From assembly GCA_964019335.1 (NCBI GenBank), contig OZ025692.1, forward strand, positions 310,001-374,000: 64,000 nucleotides of DNA. The letters are read 5' to 3'. Shown here one piece after another: positions 1 through 12,424 of the stretch (positions within the stretch are counted from its first letter, which is position 1; each line of letters begins with the position of its first letter). The notes below the pieces were generated by a model, which saw only the letters and a program-made list of their open reading frames with translations, did not search any database and had not been told where the DNA came from. Position numbers and translations under genes: made by a program. Origin of the DNA: Diplonema japonicum (lineage: Eukaryota > Protista > Euglenozoa: Diplonemea).

Positions 1-12
1 TTTCCCCCTTTG

Positions 13-47
<35 letters not shown>

Positions 48-210
48 CATTTCTTTTTCTCTTTTTTTTTCTTCTTCTCTGCTTTATGCTTTCGTTTCTG
101 TTCCCCCCCCCCTCTTTTTTCTTTTTCAAATTATCATTACATAGTTTCTTTTTTTTTGAAGGTCTCTGAAAATAAAAAAAAAAAAAGCACTTGTCGCTGT
201 TACGTTGAGG

Positions 211-249
<39 letters not shown>

Positions 250-559
250 GCGCTGTCTTCTAACCGTCACACCGAACAAGCAAACACGAACGAATTGTTT
301 CTACTTAAAAAAAAACCTTTTTTTTTAATGGAAGAAGTTCGTTTAGACCAAATGGCTTGTTTCTTCTTGTTCTTCTTCTTTTTTTTTCTTTTTGTTTGTT
401 TCCCTCCGCAAATTTCTCACTCTTCTTCTTTTTTCCTTCTTTCCTTTCTGAAGCACCTGTATCAAATCGCGATGATCGGCTGAACTGATATTTGAGGAGA
501 TTTTGCTGATTAAAAACTAATTAACTGCGCTGCCAATGAATGGTCAAAAAAAAAAAATC

Positions 560-655
560 TTTATGACTATATGTCTTTGTTGTTCGCACGAGCAAAAAAG
601 GTTTTTAAAAAGCTGCGAAAGTTTTTTGCTCGGCACAAGTTGCATATAGTTATAA
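560..655. repeat. Degenerate hairpin repeat, homologous to 35827-35970
   Basis: ttatgactatatgtctttgttgttcgcacgagcaaaaaa ... ttttttgctcggcacaagttgcatatagttataa. Both arms recur at 35827-35970 and are imperfectly complementary to each other. Confidence 0.7.
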
Positions 656-684
656 AATTATTTTCTGAAAGATAAATATTGTAA

Positions 685-721
<37 letters not shown>

Positions 722-1186
722 AAACAGCTTAACTTATGCTTTCATTTGTAAAAGAAGAGGAAAAAAAAAAAAGAGAGAGAAAATAAAGGAGAGTAGCGTT
801 CATTGGCAACATATAAAACGTTACCTTGTAACAGGAAGCAGGGCCACCCCCCTCCCCTCTGTTTCCTTTTTGGCCAATGTGATGTTGCGGGCAACGAAGT
901 TCATCTGCCTTTGCAACAATGGGGTGGGGGGAGGGGGGGTGGCGAAAGACCCTCTCTGCACACAACAGTGTGGAAGCGAGACTACGAAGGGAGCAAAACA
1001 ACACGAAGCACAGGAAAAAAAAGCTGGGTTTTCTTTCTTTTTTTTTTTTTTTTTTCGCGTGCTGATGGGATATGGAGTGCAAACAGAATATAAAGATATA
1101 AAGGAAGAATTGGAAAAAAAAAAAAAAAAAAAAAGATTTTTTTTTTTCCCATCGTACTACTAGGGAAAAGGGATGTTTTGAAGTGG

Positions 1187-1219
<33 letters not shown>

Positions 1220-2397
1220 AGTGTTCTGTCGCGAGATGGGCGGCAATTCTCTCCTCAAGGTGCCGAAGGGTACACCCCTCAGTGCGCTTGGCGGGGAAGA
1301 CTGACCTTCCACATTGTGTCGAAAATTTCCACAGTTGATGCAACCCAAGATATATGGCATCATAGCCTATGTACGTACCTGGGTACCACAGTAGGCCCTT
1401 AGCCATTTTTTGAGGAACGAAAAAAAAAAAAAAAAAAAAAAAAAAGAAAGAAAAGCGGAGGGGGTAGTAAAAAGGACACCCTCCCCCCTCTTTTTTTCCT
1501 TCTGTGTCGCGCCAACAGGAGGCTGACTGGGAAAGAATTGAGTTGAGAGGCAACTACCAAAGCAGCCAGCGCCACATCGAGAAAAAAAGAATAGAAAGAG
1601 ACATAGACCGAAGTCATTATGAGTCATAGAGTCATAGACCTGGGGTTTGGGTGGTGTAGTTCAGAGGTTAGGGGAAGGACAAATGTCCACCGGGTAAAGC
1701 CTGTGGAAACCTGTGCATATATTTGCAACAGGACCAAACGGAAAAATTTCTGGACGCGAAAAAGACCAAGCCTGTGTTGTTTTGTGCCCCAATTTTCCTT
1801 TAGATGCCCCAATGAGATAATTTTTTTTTTTTTTTTTTGGCAATCGGCCTATGACTCACATAATGACATCGGTCTATCAGAACAAGAAAAAAAAGAGAAA
1901 AAAAAAAAGCGTTAATTTTATTTCCTCACAAAATCCAATAACAAGAGTAACGGTAGTACAAAGGTGGTGAAGAAAAAAAAAAAAAAAAAAAAAAAAAGAA
2001 GAAGGAAAAAGCATAACCCACCCTGTGGGTTGCTTTCCAACACACTGGACTGATTTTCTCCTTCTTCTCTCTCTCTTTTTTTTTTTTTTTTTTTCTTTGC
2101 CAACTACTTTCTACTTTCCCGTGAACGAATACAAAACACAGTCATGCCAGTAGCTTTTTTTTCTTTTTTTTCTTTTTCTTTTCTTTTGCTGAAACAAGAA
2201 TACAAACTTTTGAAAAGAATTTGTGATTGCGAAAAAGAGTAGGCGTATCCGTTTAATCCTACCGGAGGTTCAAACGGCTTGCACAACAGCAATCAGCCGA
2301 CACTTTTTTTTTTTTTTTTTTTCTTCTTTCTGGGTTTTTTTTCTCTTTTTTTTTTCCCAGAAAGAGGGGGAAGGGTACAGTATTCAAAAAAAAAAAA

Positions 2398-3129
2398 AAA
2401 AAGCTATTTATTAAATGAAAATCAGATAGCCTGATTTCACGCGTGGGGTCCCCTTTTTTTGACGAGTGATTTTACTTCACTCGCTTCGCTCGTGAAGTAA
2501 AAAAACGAGTCAAAAAAAGGGGACCCCACAAGTGAAATCATGCTCTGATTTTATTCAATACTGCATTTTATTTAATGATGAGCTGCTCTCGAAAAGAATT
2601 TAGGTGCTAAGTGTGGCTTCGCTGCTGCCTGCTTGTAGCGGCGCAATGCGCGAGTCTTTACTGAACACGGTACTGGGTTTGGTATGATCAATTCGGCGAA
2701 TCGATGTTGACGTTTATGTCAAACGTGATTCTGTGCACTGCTGAAGAAGTGGGCTGTGTCGAAGGGGGCAGGGCTGAAGGGGGCGTGGGTTTGATCGAGT
2801 GGTAGGTGCAAAACCTCTCCCACTCCTTCTTGTAGGCTATTTTGCTTGCCGTTGGAAGCGTGTCTTCCATCACAGCTTTGGCCTCTTTCTCGAGGCTGAT
2901 GCCCTTGGCTCGCTTCCCGGTCGCCTTCGGTTTTCTTCCCATTTTGCTAGAAATGACTGTGGGCGTGAAATAAAGTACCTGATTTTCACGCCCAGCAAAA
3001 TCAGCAACGTTTGGCTTAAAAACATGAGGAAAAAACCAGATACTTTATTTCACGCCCGTGAAATAAAGTGAAACCTGATTTATATCTTCCCGGCCTAAAT
3101 TCTTTGAGAGAGCTGCTCAGAATTAAATA
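2398..3129 (+). mobile_element. Non-autonomous Crypton-like (tyrosine-recombinase) DNA element, family 1, copy A (722-bp body 2403-3124)
   Basis: Near-identical inverted copy at 61560-62281 with unrelated flanks. Begins GCTATTTA, hairpin 2415-2557, internal inverted repeat 2571-2604 matching the end 3094-3127. Sits in a poly-A tract and carries an 84-aa remnant ORF. Confidence 0.85.
2688..2942 (-). pseudogene. Internally deleted recombinase remnant in element family 1 (84 aa)
   Basis: EAKAVMEDTLPTASKIAYKKEWERFCTY resembles the LPxxSxxxYxxxWxxF start of the core-binding region of Crypton-type tyrosine recombinases. It runs directly into a P/S/T linker and a ITFDINVNI tail; no catalytic domain. 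Judged by eye. Confidence 0.55.
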
Positions 3130-3134
3130 AAATA

Positions 3135-3191
<57 letters not shown>

Positions 3192-4101
3192 GCTCTTTTT
3201 TTACAGTTCTTCATACTAGCCGTGAGCCTATTGTACTCAGTGAAAGAATCGTAGAATCTCTTCGCCTTTTTGGCCGAAATGCTCACGTGTACTTAACTAC
3301 TGAACGGTACACTTTGAAGCCGACAAAGAATTGTTTTTTTTTTTTTTTTTTTTTTTTCGTTACGTTTTTTTCTTCTTTTTTTTTTCCTCTCTTTAAGTTT
3401 TGTCTAGAAAAAAAAAAAAAAGGTTTAAGGCAAATACCCTCGAAAATCAGGCAAAGAGGTTGTGGAAGGGTCCCACAGGAAAAAAAAAGAATAAGAACAA
3501 TAGAAAAAAAAAAAAAAAAAAAAAAAAAAGAAAGAAAGAACAAGAGAAGAAAAGAAAACTCGATAAAATTTCAGTTTGCATGGGGGTGCTCACTGTTCAG
3601 GTAGAAATTCACACTAATCGGTCACCTAGAAAAAAAAAAAAAAAAAAAAAAATATTTTCTCTTACCCTTCTAAAAGAAAGACATCGCTCTATAGTAGCTC
3701 ATGCTCACAAAGGCAACAAATAAGGCAAGAAGACAAACAGCAAAATTTACTATCTTATTTTCCTTACATCATCATTCCAGGTTAAAGAGAGACTATGGTT
3801 GTATTTCTTTTTCTCTTTTTTTCTTTTAGATATTGGGCAAAAGGGGAAAAGGGGGGGGCAGGAATTTTGATTCCCCCCCCCCCCCCATTTTACTAGCATT
3901 TACTTTTGTGCACGACGGCTACAAAAGTAATCTTTTTTTTCTTTTTTCATTTTCTTTTTTTTTTTCTAAATATATTTGTTCCCGCGTCGTCCGACGCTTG
4001 CCGGAAAAAAAAAAAAAAAAAAAAAAAAGGAAGGGAGTAACTGTTTGGGAGCAAACAGTTTAAAAAAAAAAAAAAAAAAAAAAGAGAGGGATGAATACAT
4101 T

Positions 4102-4849
4102 TCAATAAGATTCCTCGACAGTGTGCTCTTCCTCTTGGTAGAGCACGTGCTGCGTTCGGTAAATGGTTATCCTCCTTTTTTTCGGAGTCGAGGGCACAGC
4201 TGGCTCCTCTACCTCTTCAACAAACTCCGGCTGCTCGTACCGTTCCAGCGACTGCGCCTTTTTCAAGACCCCCTCTTGCTCAGCCAACCTGATGCGTTTG
4301 CCAGAGGGTACTCCCAATATACTCTCCGAGTTCTCATTCCTGACGGAGTGGGAAAACCGACATTCCTGTTGAAGTATGGAATTTTTTTTTTTTTTTTTTT
4401 TTTTGAAATCATACCTCACCATAGGAACACCGACCCATGGTGTGGTGCCTGCAAATATTCGAGTAGATTTTGGGGTTGAAGCTGTGTTTAAATCGGCACT
4501 TTTCACCATAGGAGCATCGTGACAATGCCCAGTGCCTGCAGATACTTGGGTCCAGGGGTACTTGTGTTGTGGGAGGGATTGGTGCGGATTGCCGCTCGCC
4601 TTGTTCGTCGTGTCCAGGGACTCCGTAGGGGTAGCCGAAGACGATGCCTTCCGGGCTCTTCACCTCTTGCACTTTTTGTTCAATTTCTTCTATTTCCTCG
4701 TTTTTTTCTTGGTGGTAGAAGCGGCACTCATCCCCGAACGTGCACTTACTGTGCATCCAGTGCCTGCATACCCCTTCGGTTTCCCGTGAGACCCGTGGGG
4801 GCCGTTCATCTCCCAACCCCGTGAGGTTTTGTTCCAAGGTCAGTCCCAT
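4102..4849 (-). CDS. Triple CCCH zinc-finger RNA-binding protein (exons 4415-4849, 4102-4365)
   Basis: Three C-x7-C-x5-C-x3-H motifs. The third (CRHHTMGRCSYGE|ECRFSH) is completed only by removing the GT-AG intron 4366-4414. Confidence 0.85.
4366..4414 (-). other. Spliceosomal intron, 49 nt, poly-A core
   Basis: GTATGA...CAACAG; removal completes a CCCH finger. Confidence 0.85.
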
Positions 4850-4990
4850 TTTTTCTTTTTTTGAACTTTTGAAGAAAAAAAAATTGGTCGGGGAAGGAAA
4901 AAAAAAAAAAAAAAAAAAAAACCACAAGAAAAACGAAAACTCTAGCAAGGAAGGACTGAATAGGAGAGAAAACAAAAAAAAAAAGTGAAC

Positions 4991-5021
<31 letters not shown>

Positions 5022-5041
5022 CCCATCCCATTTTCTCACTT

Positions 5042-5744
5042 TCACATCAACAATTTCCTCACTTTTGACACAGGGTGCGTCTCGACACCACCGTCGGAGA
5101 ATCGGACCGAATATTGCGATTCTGGATTTTTTTTTTTTTTTAAATATAAATTCCATACCTTCTGGGAAGAACGTGACCACCTCTGCTTGCCTGAACCCGT
5201 CCGGAAGGTCAACCACGATCTTGGTACTTGGGGAAAGTGCTTGATGTGCTGTTTGGCTTGCGAGAAGCGGTACCTCACATCGCGCCATCGAAGGTTGGTA
5301 GTGGAGTTCCCCGGCTTCCCGTTGGGTCATCGACACCCAGTGGGAAGCTGTTACATCTGACGGTGTTGGTGCCACGGTAGGCCGTGTAACCGTTTCGTAG
5401 GGCCGTTTTTCACCCACGTTATGGATTTTCCCTCCGGTGGTCACCCTGGCACCCACGTCCCCCCACATCATTCTTCCCATCCATGCTCTTGTCCATTCTA
5501 ATGTTGTTTTTTTCCTGATTTTCTGAGGTGGAGGCAATGGTGCCTCGCACTCTTCGCTGAGCACGCTACCGGTCTCCGTTACTGTCTCGTGTGTTTTTAT
5601 CAACCTGTCTACTTGATCGTCCGTCCACTCCTCACCCATTCTCACCAGCTTGTGCATGTAGAAGGAACTCTCTTGTTTTCTCATTTTGTTTTCATGAGGC
5701 TGTGCCTGTTTGAAGTCAGACCTGGCCATGTGCTTCGCTGCCAT
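5042..5744 (-). CDS. Hypothetical protein with C-terminal Tudor/SH3-like barrel (exons 5159-5744, 5042-5121)
   Basis: Removing the 37-nt GTATGG...CAG intron 5122-5158 gives KIVVDLPDGFRQAEVVTFFPEESQYSVRFSDGGVETHPVSKVR, a Tudor-like pattern. Confidence 0.65.
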
Positions 5745-6255
5745 TTTATGTTTACCCTCCGCCTTTTTTTTCCCCCCTTCTTCTTTTTTTCTTCTTTCCT
5801 CGGGAAAGAAGGGTGCAAGTATATATATATAAGGAAAAGCGAAAGAAAAAAAAAAAAAAAAGGGTTATTTACCTCTGTTCCCTCCCCCCTTTCCTCCCTT
5901 TTTTTTTTTTATTTGGCACAAATAGGGGGATAGGATTTCTTTTTTTTTCTTTTTTTTTCTTTCTTTCTTTACTAGTATCGTCGTGTTGCGGTACCTCAAA
6001 AAAAAAAAAAAAATAAGCAGTTTGTAAGTTAATGTGTTCTCCTTATCTTTTCTCTCTCTCTCGAAACGTATAGACACCACATGCAAAAACACGGGTAGCT
6101 TTGAAGCTTTGAGTGTGATGTGGCCACATCACCTTTTTACCCCACTGAACGGGTCAACTGGGAAAGGGGCAGGGGAGGTACTTAAAAAAAAAATGGTGCT
6201 TCTCAAGGGTGATATTTTCTTTTTCTTCATCTCTGAGAGCTTCTTCTTCTTCTTC

Positions 6256-6289
<34 letters not shown>

Positions 6290-6337
6290 TAAAAAAGAAA
6301 TTCTATTTTTTGTTTTTTCTTTCTCTTAAATCGCTTC

Positions 6338-6889
6338 CTATCTCCGTTCGTCTTCTTCTTCTTCCTCTTCGATGACGGTTGCCCCCGATGCGTACTGCAT
6401 GAAAATGTTTTTGTCCACATCATTCACCTTCTCGCTGAGGTAGGTAGGCAGGAGGGCGGACGACATCCTACAGGGCCTGTTGATCCAGAGGGGGAAGGCC
6501 TGGGGGATATGAGGAAGTAGCTCCCGACACAAAGCTTCACTGAAATCGTTACAGTTGGTGTGGACGAGGTGGTACTTAGAGCTGGCCCACGTCACATCTC
6601 GCATTGTGGCCACAGCCTTGCCCACGTCTTCTCGCGTCAGTGAGGTGGTGCCCAGGTATAGAGATTTTTTGAATGTGTGTCCCTCGTATGACCTTGGTGG
6701 TATCTTGTATACCCCGCGCTCATCAGTGCTTCTGCCGAAGCCAATTTCTTCACCGTAAATCTCCACCCCTGTGTGGTACGCCCCCCACCCCACCATGCCC
6801 AGGACATTATTCGCCCATGTGATGTCGTAAATATTCAGGTACACGTTCTCGTCTCGTGGCTCGATCATTTCTTCGCCTCCGCACCACAT
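6338..6889 (-). CDS. PPPDE/DeSI-family deubiquitinase/desumoylase
   Basis: VYLNIYDI, GAYHTGVEIYGEEIGFG and YHLVHTNCNDFS motifs with catalytic His and Cys. Confidence 0.92.
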   Translation of the reverse strand: MWCGGEEMIEPRDENVYLNIYDITWANNVLGMVGWGAYHTGVEIYGEEIGFGRSTDERGVYKIPPRSYEGHTFKKSLYLGTTSLTREDVGKAVATMRDVTWASSKYHLVHTNCNDFSEALCRELLPHIPQAFPLWINRPCRMSSALLPTYLSEKVNDVDKNIFMQYASGATVIEEEEEEDERR

Positions 6890-7374
6890 CGTTGTTATAT
6901 TCTTTCTCTTTTTTTTTTTTTCCTCTTTCCTTTTCGTTTGTGTGGTCGAATCGACAGAAAGAAAGGGAGGCAGAATAACAAAATTTCAAAAGGGGAAGAA
7001 CAAAAAAAAAAAAAGAAAGAAAGAAAAATGGGATTCACAATCTAGGGTGTGTGGGTGGAGTTATAATTTTAAAAAAAATCAGGGAAAATTACAAACAGAA
7101 TTGGGAGGGGAAGGGGGGGTAGTATAACAAGGAGAGAAAGGGGAACATCACAATATGATGGAGAGAGAAACGAAAAAAGAAGAAGAAAAAAAAAGAAAAA
7201 AAAAAAAAAAAGGTAAGAGACAACAAAAACAGCATTTCTTCCTTTTTTTTTTCCCCCCCTTCCTTTTTTTATTTGACAAACATTTTTAAAGACCCAATAA
7301 TTCCCCAATAACAAACAAACAAGTTTTTTTTTTTTTCCTCCTCCCTATTTCCTTTCTTTTTTTCCGCTAGAGTC

Positions 7375-10300
7375 TCAATTCAATACCCGTGGTGCCGGCA
7401 GGGGGTTCGGGAGTTGCGACGCTGGAGGTGGCACAACAGAGGCAAGAGCAGCCTCTTTCGCACGCAAATCGGTACATTCAACGGTCAACTGGGAGAGCTC
7501 TGTCTCGAGTATAGCCTTCTGTTCACATAGGCGGATGAGCTCACCTGCGATGTGGTTCTGCCCCTGTTCTGCCTTGACCAGCATCTCAGGCTTCTGCCGC
7601 ACAAGCGACATCAGGTCCTCTTCAGTCTGGGCAATACGTGCCCTGCACTTGATGGCCTCCGCCTCGATGCCCTGTGTGTCGTACTTCACCAACTGCTGCC
7701 TCCAGTAGTTCACATTGTTCAGCAGCGACTGCTGCTGCCCGTCTATGGTGGCAAGCGTTTTTTCCCTGTGCTCCACAAGTTCCACCTCTTTCATCTTCAT
7801 CTCCAGAATTTCCTTGTTCAGCCCCCCCAGCACTATCCTAAGTTCCTCTGCTTTTTGCTCCCTTCTCAGCCTGCTCTGCTCATGTGCCTCTAGCAGCGTC
7901 CTCACCTTCGACTCATTCCTTGGCGACATGCTCCCTGTCGGCATCCTCGGCTGTGGCGGTGGCGGTGGTGGTGACATGTCCCTTGCCTCGTGGTGCTCCC
8001 GGCCACCCCGCGCACGGATCGGGCTCACAGTCCTCAGCTGCGTTGGCAACGGCTGGTTGATGAGGCTCTCCATGCTCTCCAGCATCTGCTCGATCTGCTC
8101 CACTGAAGGCCCTGCCTGCGGACGCGGTTGCTCGACTCTCGGGGCCACAGGCGAGGGAGACGGGATGTCGTGGTGGAACAGCGGCGGTGGTGGGGAAACC
8201 TCAGTCCTCCTGGGGCTGTGGCCTCTCCTTCTGGGTGGGCTGACGCGCTTGGGGTCCACGGGTACGACGGACTTCGTCGGGAGAGGGATGCGTGCACGTG
8301 CGGGAGAGTTCGTCCTTGAGATGGACGCACTAGGGGGCTCGCTCTTCCTTCTCGGGAATGCAACATGGCTTACTTCCCTGCTTGCGGGCTGCATGCTAGC
8401 AGCGGACTGTACGTGTAGTGGCATCACGGCCGGCTGTAAGGGTGTGGCGGGGAGCAGTTCCGTCACTGTTGCTGTCATGGTTGTGCTGGCGATCTGTGAG
8501 TGTCGCCCCCGCAGGTGCAGCTTGGACAGCTTCTTCTTCAGCAAAGCATTGGTCCTCTTTAGCATGGCAGCATTCCGCTTCAACTGCTTTAAGTCTTCGA
8601 TCTTCTGCATTGCAAGGCCCAGTTGCGCGTCCTTCTTCTTCAGCAGGTTTACTTTCGCGTCTTCTTCAGCAAGTTTTGCAGAGATCCATGCCTTCCATTT
8701 CTGCACCTTTTCGATTGCCCCAACAACGGGATCGCTGCTGAGGTCTGGGTCGGGTGCGATCTCGTCTATCAGTGTCGTGAGCTTGTTGCGGAGTGCCTCT
8801 TCTTTCCGATCCTTCATCAGCAGCTGGTCAGTTTTTGTTGACAACTGCTGCCGCAGCCTTTCCAGCTCCTGTTCGGCAGCTTCTGCTAGCGCACTGGAGG
8901 CCACAGCCTTGCCCTCAGCATCCTTGTTGCTCTTGTCCACAAGTGCGTTCTGCAGACCGTCAGCGTGCTCTTTTTGTATTGCGGCCTCCCTCTCGGCAGA
9001 GAAGGCACGCCTCTCAAGGGAGTGCGATTCGTCCCTCAGCCCCTCGAGCTCCTTGCGCAAGAACTCCGTTTTCGTGGCGATCTCCTCTCTCAGGCGCTGG
9101 TTCTCCGCCTTCAACACATCAACATCCTTCCGCACGGCCTGTGCTTCGAGGGTTGCACAGTCAAGTTCCTCCTGTCGCTTTTGAAGCATGTTCTGCAGTG
9201 CTTCTAGTTGTGACTGGTGCTGGTTGCACTCGTTCTCGAAGAGCTTCATGGTCTCCGCCTGCCTCTTCGCTTCTACTTCTGACAGCTCTGCCTGCGCCTT
9301 GACGAGAGCGTCCCTCTCAGCAAGGTTTTTGCACAGCGCGTCTATTTTGTCGTCGGCATTGGCGACTTGGCTCTGCAGCTGCAGAATCTCCGACGTTTTG
9401 ACAGTCAGCTCGCCCTGCGCTGCAGCAAGATCCACAGACTTCGTGGCAAGCTCCTCCGACCTCCTTGCCAAGTCGGCACGTAGTGCGTTTACCTCAGCAT
9501 GCAGTTCCGTAACCTGGCACCTCAGCTGCACTTCACTCGTCTTTTGCTGCCCTGCTGCACGTTCCCTCTCCATTGCCAAGTCCCTCTCGGCGCTTCTTTG
9601 GTTATCCTCAGCTTCTCGTAGGGCATCTTTCAGTCTATTCACCTGGTTTTCCAACTCATGCTGCCTCTGTTGGTTCCTCTTCAGTTCGTTTTGGTACTTT
9701 GCTCTCAGGTCTTCAAGTTCCTGTGAGGCTGCACGCTCTGCCTTCTTCGCTTGGAGGTTCTGTTCGGTGAGAAGCATGTTCGCCTCGCGCAGCTTCCTCT
9801 CGGCATCGCTCTTCGCGTCCTCTAGGGAGCCCCGTCTGGACCTCAGCTCGGCTATTCTGATATTGGCTTCTTCAACTTCGCTGGCAATGCGTTCCTTCTC
9901 CCTGCGCCTGATGGCCTCTAGTTCGTCTTCAAGCTCCTCAACTCTCTGCTTGAGGTTGTTCCTTTGTTGCTTCATCATCTCGAGTTCCCTCGCCAACGAC
10001 CTGGTGCGCATGATCTCTTCGTCCTGAGGCTGCGTGGCTGCTGTCGCTGCTGGCGGCGGTGCAAACGGTCTCCTCATTGGGGACTCGTGCGAAGGAGGCG
10101 TCGGTTGTGGTCTTGACTGCGACCTCTGCAAGGTTTGGCTGCCCTGACGCCTGATCACCGGCGGCGAAGGTGCAACCAGCGACTTCGCTTCATCAAGCTG
10201 GCCCCGCAAAGCATCGAGGCTGGCCTTGTGGGCCTCCTCCATTTCCTGCCTCAGCCTGCCCAGCTCCAGTTCCATCACCTTATTCATGCGGTCGCGCTCA

Positions 10301-11877
10301 GCGTTCAGCTCAGTCTCCCACTCCTGCCGCTCAGCAAGCAAACGCTGCCTCTCTGCCGACAGTGCGTCTTCAAGGGACTTACGCATCTTTTCCCACTCTT
10401 TGCGCTCCTCTTCGCGGCGTTGGTTGGCTGCATCGGACTCTGCTTTTTCAAACACGCCATCATTCTTTGCCCTGCTGATAGTGTGCTCAGCGTCGGCTAG
10501 CTGCTGCCTGAGGGCTGCCTCACGCTCCAAGGCCTCCCGTTTGTTCTCAGCGATTTCGTTGCGCAGTGCTGTCTCGATCTGCGAAGACTTCTGGAGCTTC
10601 TCGCGGTCGGACTGGTCCCAGTTCTCCCGTACTTCCTGCAGCTGCTGCCTGAGCTTCTCAACCTGGTCGCGCAGCTCTTGCTCCCTGTTGGCAGCCAACG
10701 CGTCCCTCCTCTGCTGCTCGGCGTTGAGCGCATCCTCACGGTCTTTGAGCACCTTGCGCTCCCTTTCAATGGCTTCAAGCTCCTTGTTGCGTAGCTGTTC
10801 CTCGCGGGCGCGGAAGTCAGCGTTCAACTGCTCCTCCCGCACACGTGCGTCGTTCAGAAGCTGCTCTTCACGTGCGCGGAAGTCTGCATTGAGCTGGTCT
10901 TCAAGAAGTCGCTTCTCGCGTTCCAACTCTTCCTTTGCAACAAGGAGGGCTTTCTTGCAGTCGACAACCTGGTTGCCCAGCTCGTGGTTCTCCTGGTCCC
11001 TCTGCAGGGTCGCATCCTTGGCCGCCTTGCGCTCAGCATCGAGAAGGTTTTTTATCTCCCTTATGCGCTCCTCGCACCGCGCCTCGTCTTCCTGCAGCTG
11101 CTTGCGGAGCGCCTCCTCTCTCTTGCGGGTCCTCTCGTCGGATATCATGCGTTCCTCGTCAAGCTGTTTCTTCAGAACGGCTTCGCGTTCCTTGTTGCGT
11201 TCGATCTCTTCTTGAAGCTAGTTTTTTTAAAAAAGTTTTTAAATTCTTTTCTTCCCCTCCCCTCCCTAATACCATTTTTTGTAGTCTCTCCTCGCGGCCT
11301 CTCATATCCCCAAGGGTTGCTTCCTCCATCTATTTTTTTTTTCTCCCCCCAATATTTGTTACTTATTTTCCCTCCATACCCGTTTCTGCCTCTCTGCCTC
11401 ACCCTTCCTCAGCATATCGTCGTGGTCCCGTGACTTATCGAACTCATCTTGTAGTTGTGCTCTGATCTGTCTGGTGATCTCAGTTCTGTCCAGCTCAGGT
11501 GGGGGCGCGGACTGGTCAGGGTGCGAGGCAAGGGAAGTGTTCAGCCTCGAGACCTCCTCCTCGAGGAGCTTCTTCTGGGCTTCTGAGAACTCCAGAGAGG
11601 CATTGAGTTCTTTGAGGTGGTGCTTGTTCCTTATGTCCATTTCATTGCACTCCCTCTCCTTCTTGAAAATCATCCCCTGTAAATGCTGCAACTGCGTCTT
11701 GATGTCCATTGGTGCTTCCGGGTCCTCTTCCCAGCTTGATGTCACCGAATTCACATCTGAATATCCGTCTTGCCCTCTGTACCCATACACCCCAGGAGGG
11801 ACTACCCCTGGCGACCCAAACTGAAACATCGAAGGTGAACTAATGGAAGGAATCTGCGTGTTTTGTGGCAACGGCAT
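7375..11877 (-). CDS. Large coiled-coil protein, about 1446 aa (exons 11380-11877, 7375-11217)
   Basis: Two ORFs join in frame through the GTATGG...AACTAG intron 11218-11379 (EAERQKR|LQEEIER). Long heptad-rich segments and Pro-rich linkers. Confidence 0.85.
11218..11379 (-). other. Spliceosomal intron, 162 nt
   Basis: GTATGG...AAAAAAACTAG; joins two coiled-coil ORFs in frame. Confidence 0.85.
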
Positions 11878-12424
11878 GTGTCTCAGTACATCTCTTTTTT
11901 TTTCTTCTTCTTTTTTTTTTTGTTCCCTTCCTCTTCTCCCCTTTTCTTTGCTTCCCTCCTGTTTGTTTTATAATGAAACATACGGGGGTGGAAGGGGTAC
12001 TACTAAAGATGTGGGGGTGGCTTTTTTTTTTTTTTTTTTTTTGAAAAAGTAAAAATGTGGGACACAATTTCCCGGACGTTGGGAGAAGAAGAAAAAAAAA
12101 AAAAAAAAAGCTCAGGGGTTTTGTCAGTCCGGCACTTTTTCTTTTCTTTTTTTTTTCTTCCTATTTCTTCTCATTTTACAGTAAAGACAGGAAATTTTCA
12201 ATCTAAAACAGAAAAGAAGGAACAAGAAAAAAAAAAAGCTCGATTTATTTTTGCCACGCTGGTTGGTGCCCACCGTGTGAAGAAGAAGAGAGACAAAAAA
12301 AAAAAAAGAGACAGACTCGAATACAAAAGTAAAAGATAAAAAAAAAAAGTTAAAACACATCCAAAAGTATTTCTTCCTTATTCTTCAAAGAAAATGACCC
12401 CCCCCCCCCCCCCCCCATCTTCCC

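Noticed and set aside
729-1553. 274-aa minus-strand ORF
   Set aside because: Mostly poly-F/K from homopolymers. The complex core (about 1215-1407) matches no family I recognise and may be a decayed fragment.
2398-3129. Classical MITE or Helitron interpretation
   Set aside because: The inverted repeat is asymmetric rather than terminal, there is no consistent TSD and no TC...CTRR ends. Helitron2 or Replitron is not fully excluded, but the remnant peptide favours a tyrosine recombinase.
7715-11215. Long plus-strand ORFs (489, 279 and 329 aa)
   Set aside because: Antisense shadows of the coiled-coil gene; their Ser/Leu/Cys-rich translations mirror its codon bias.
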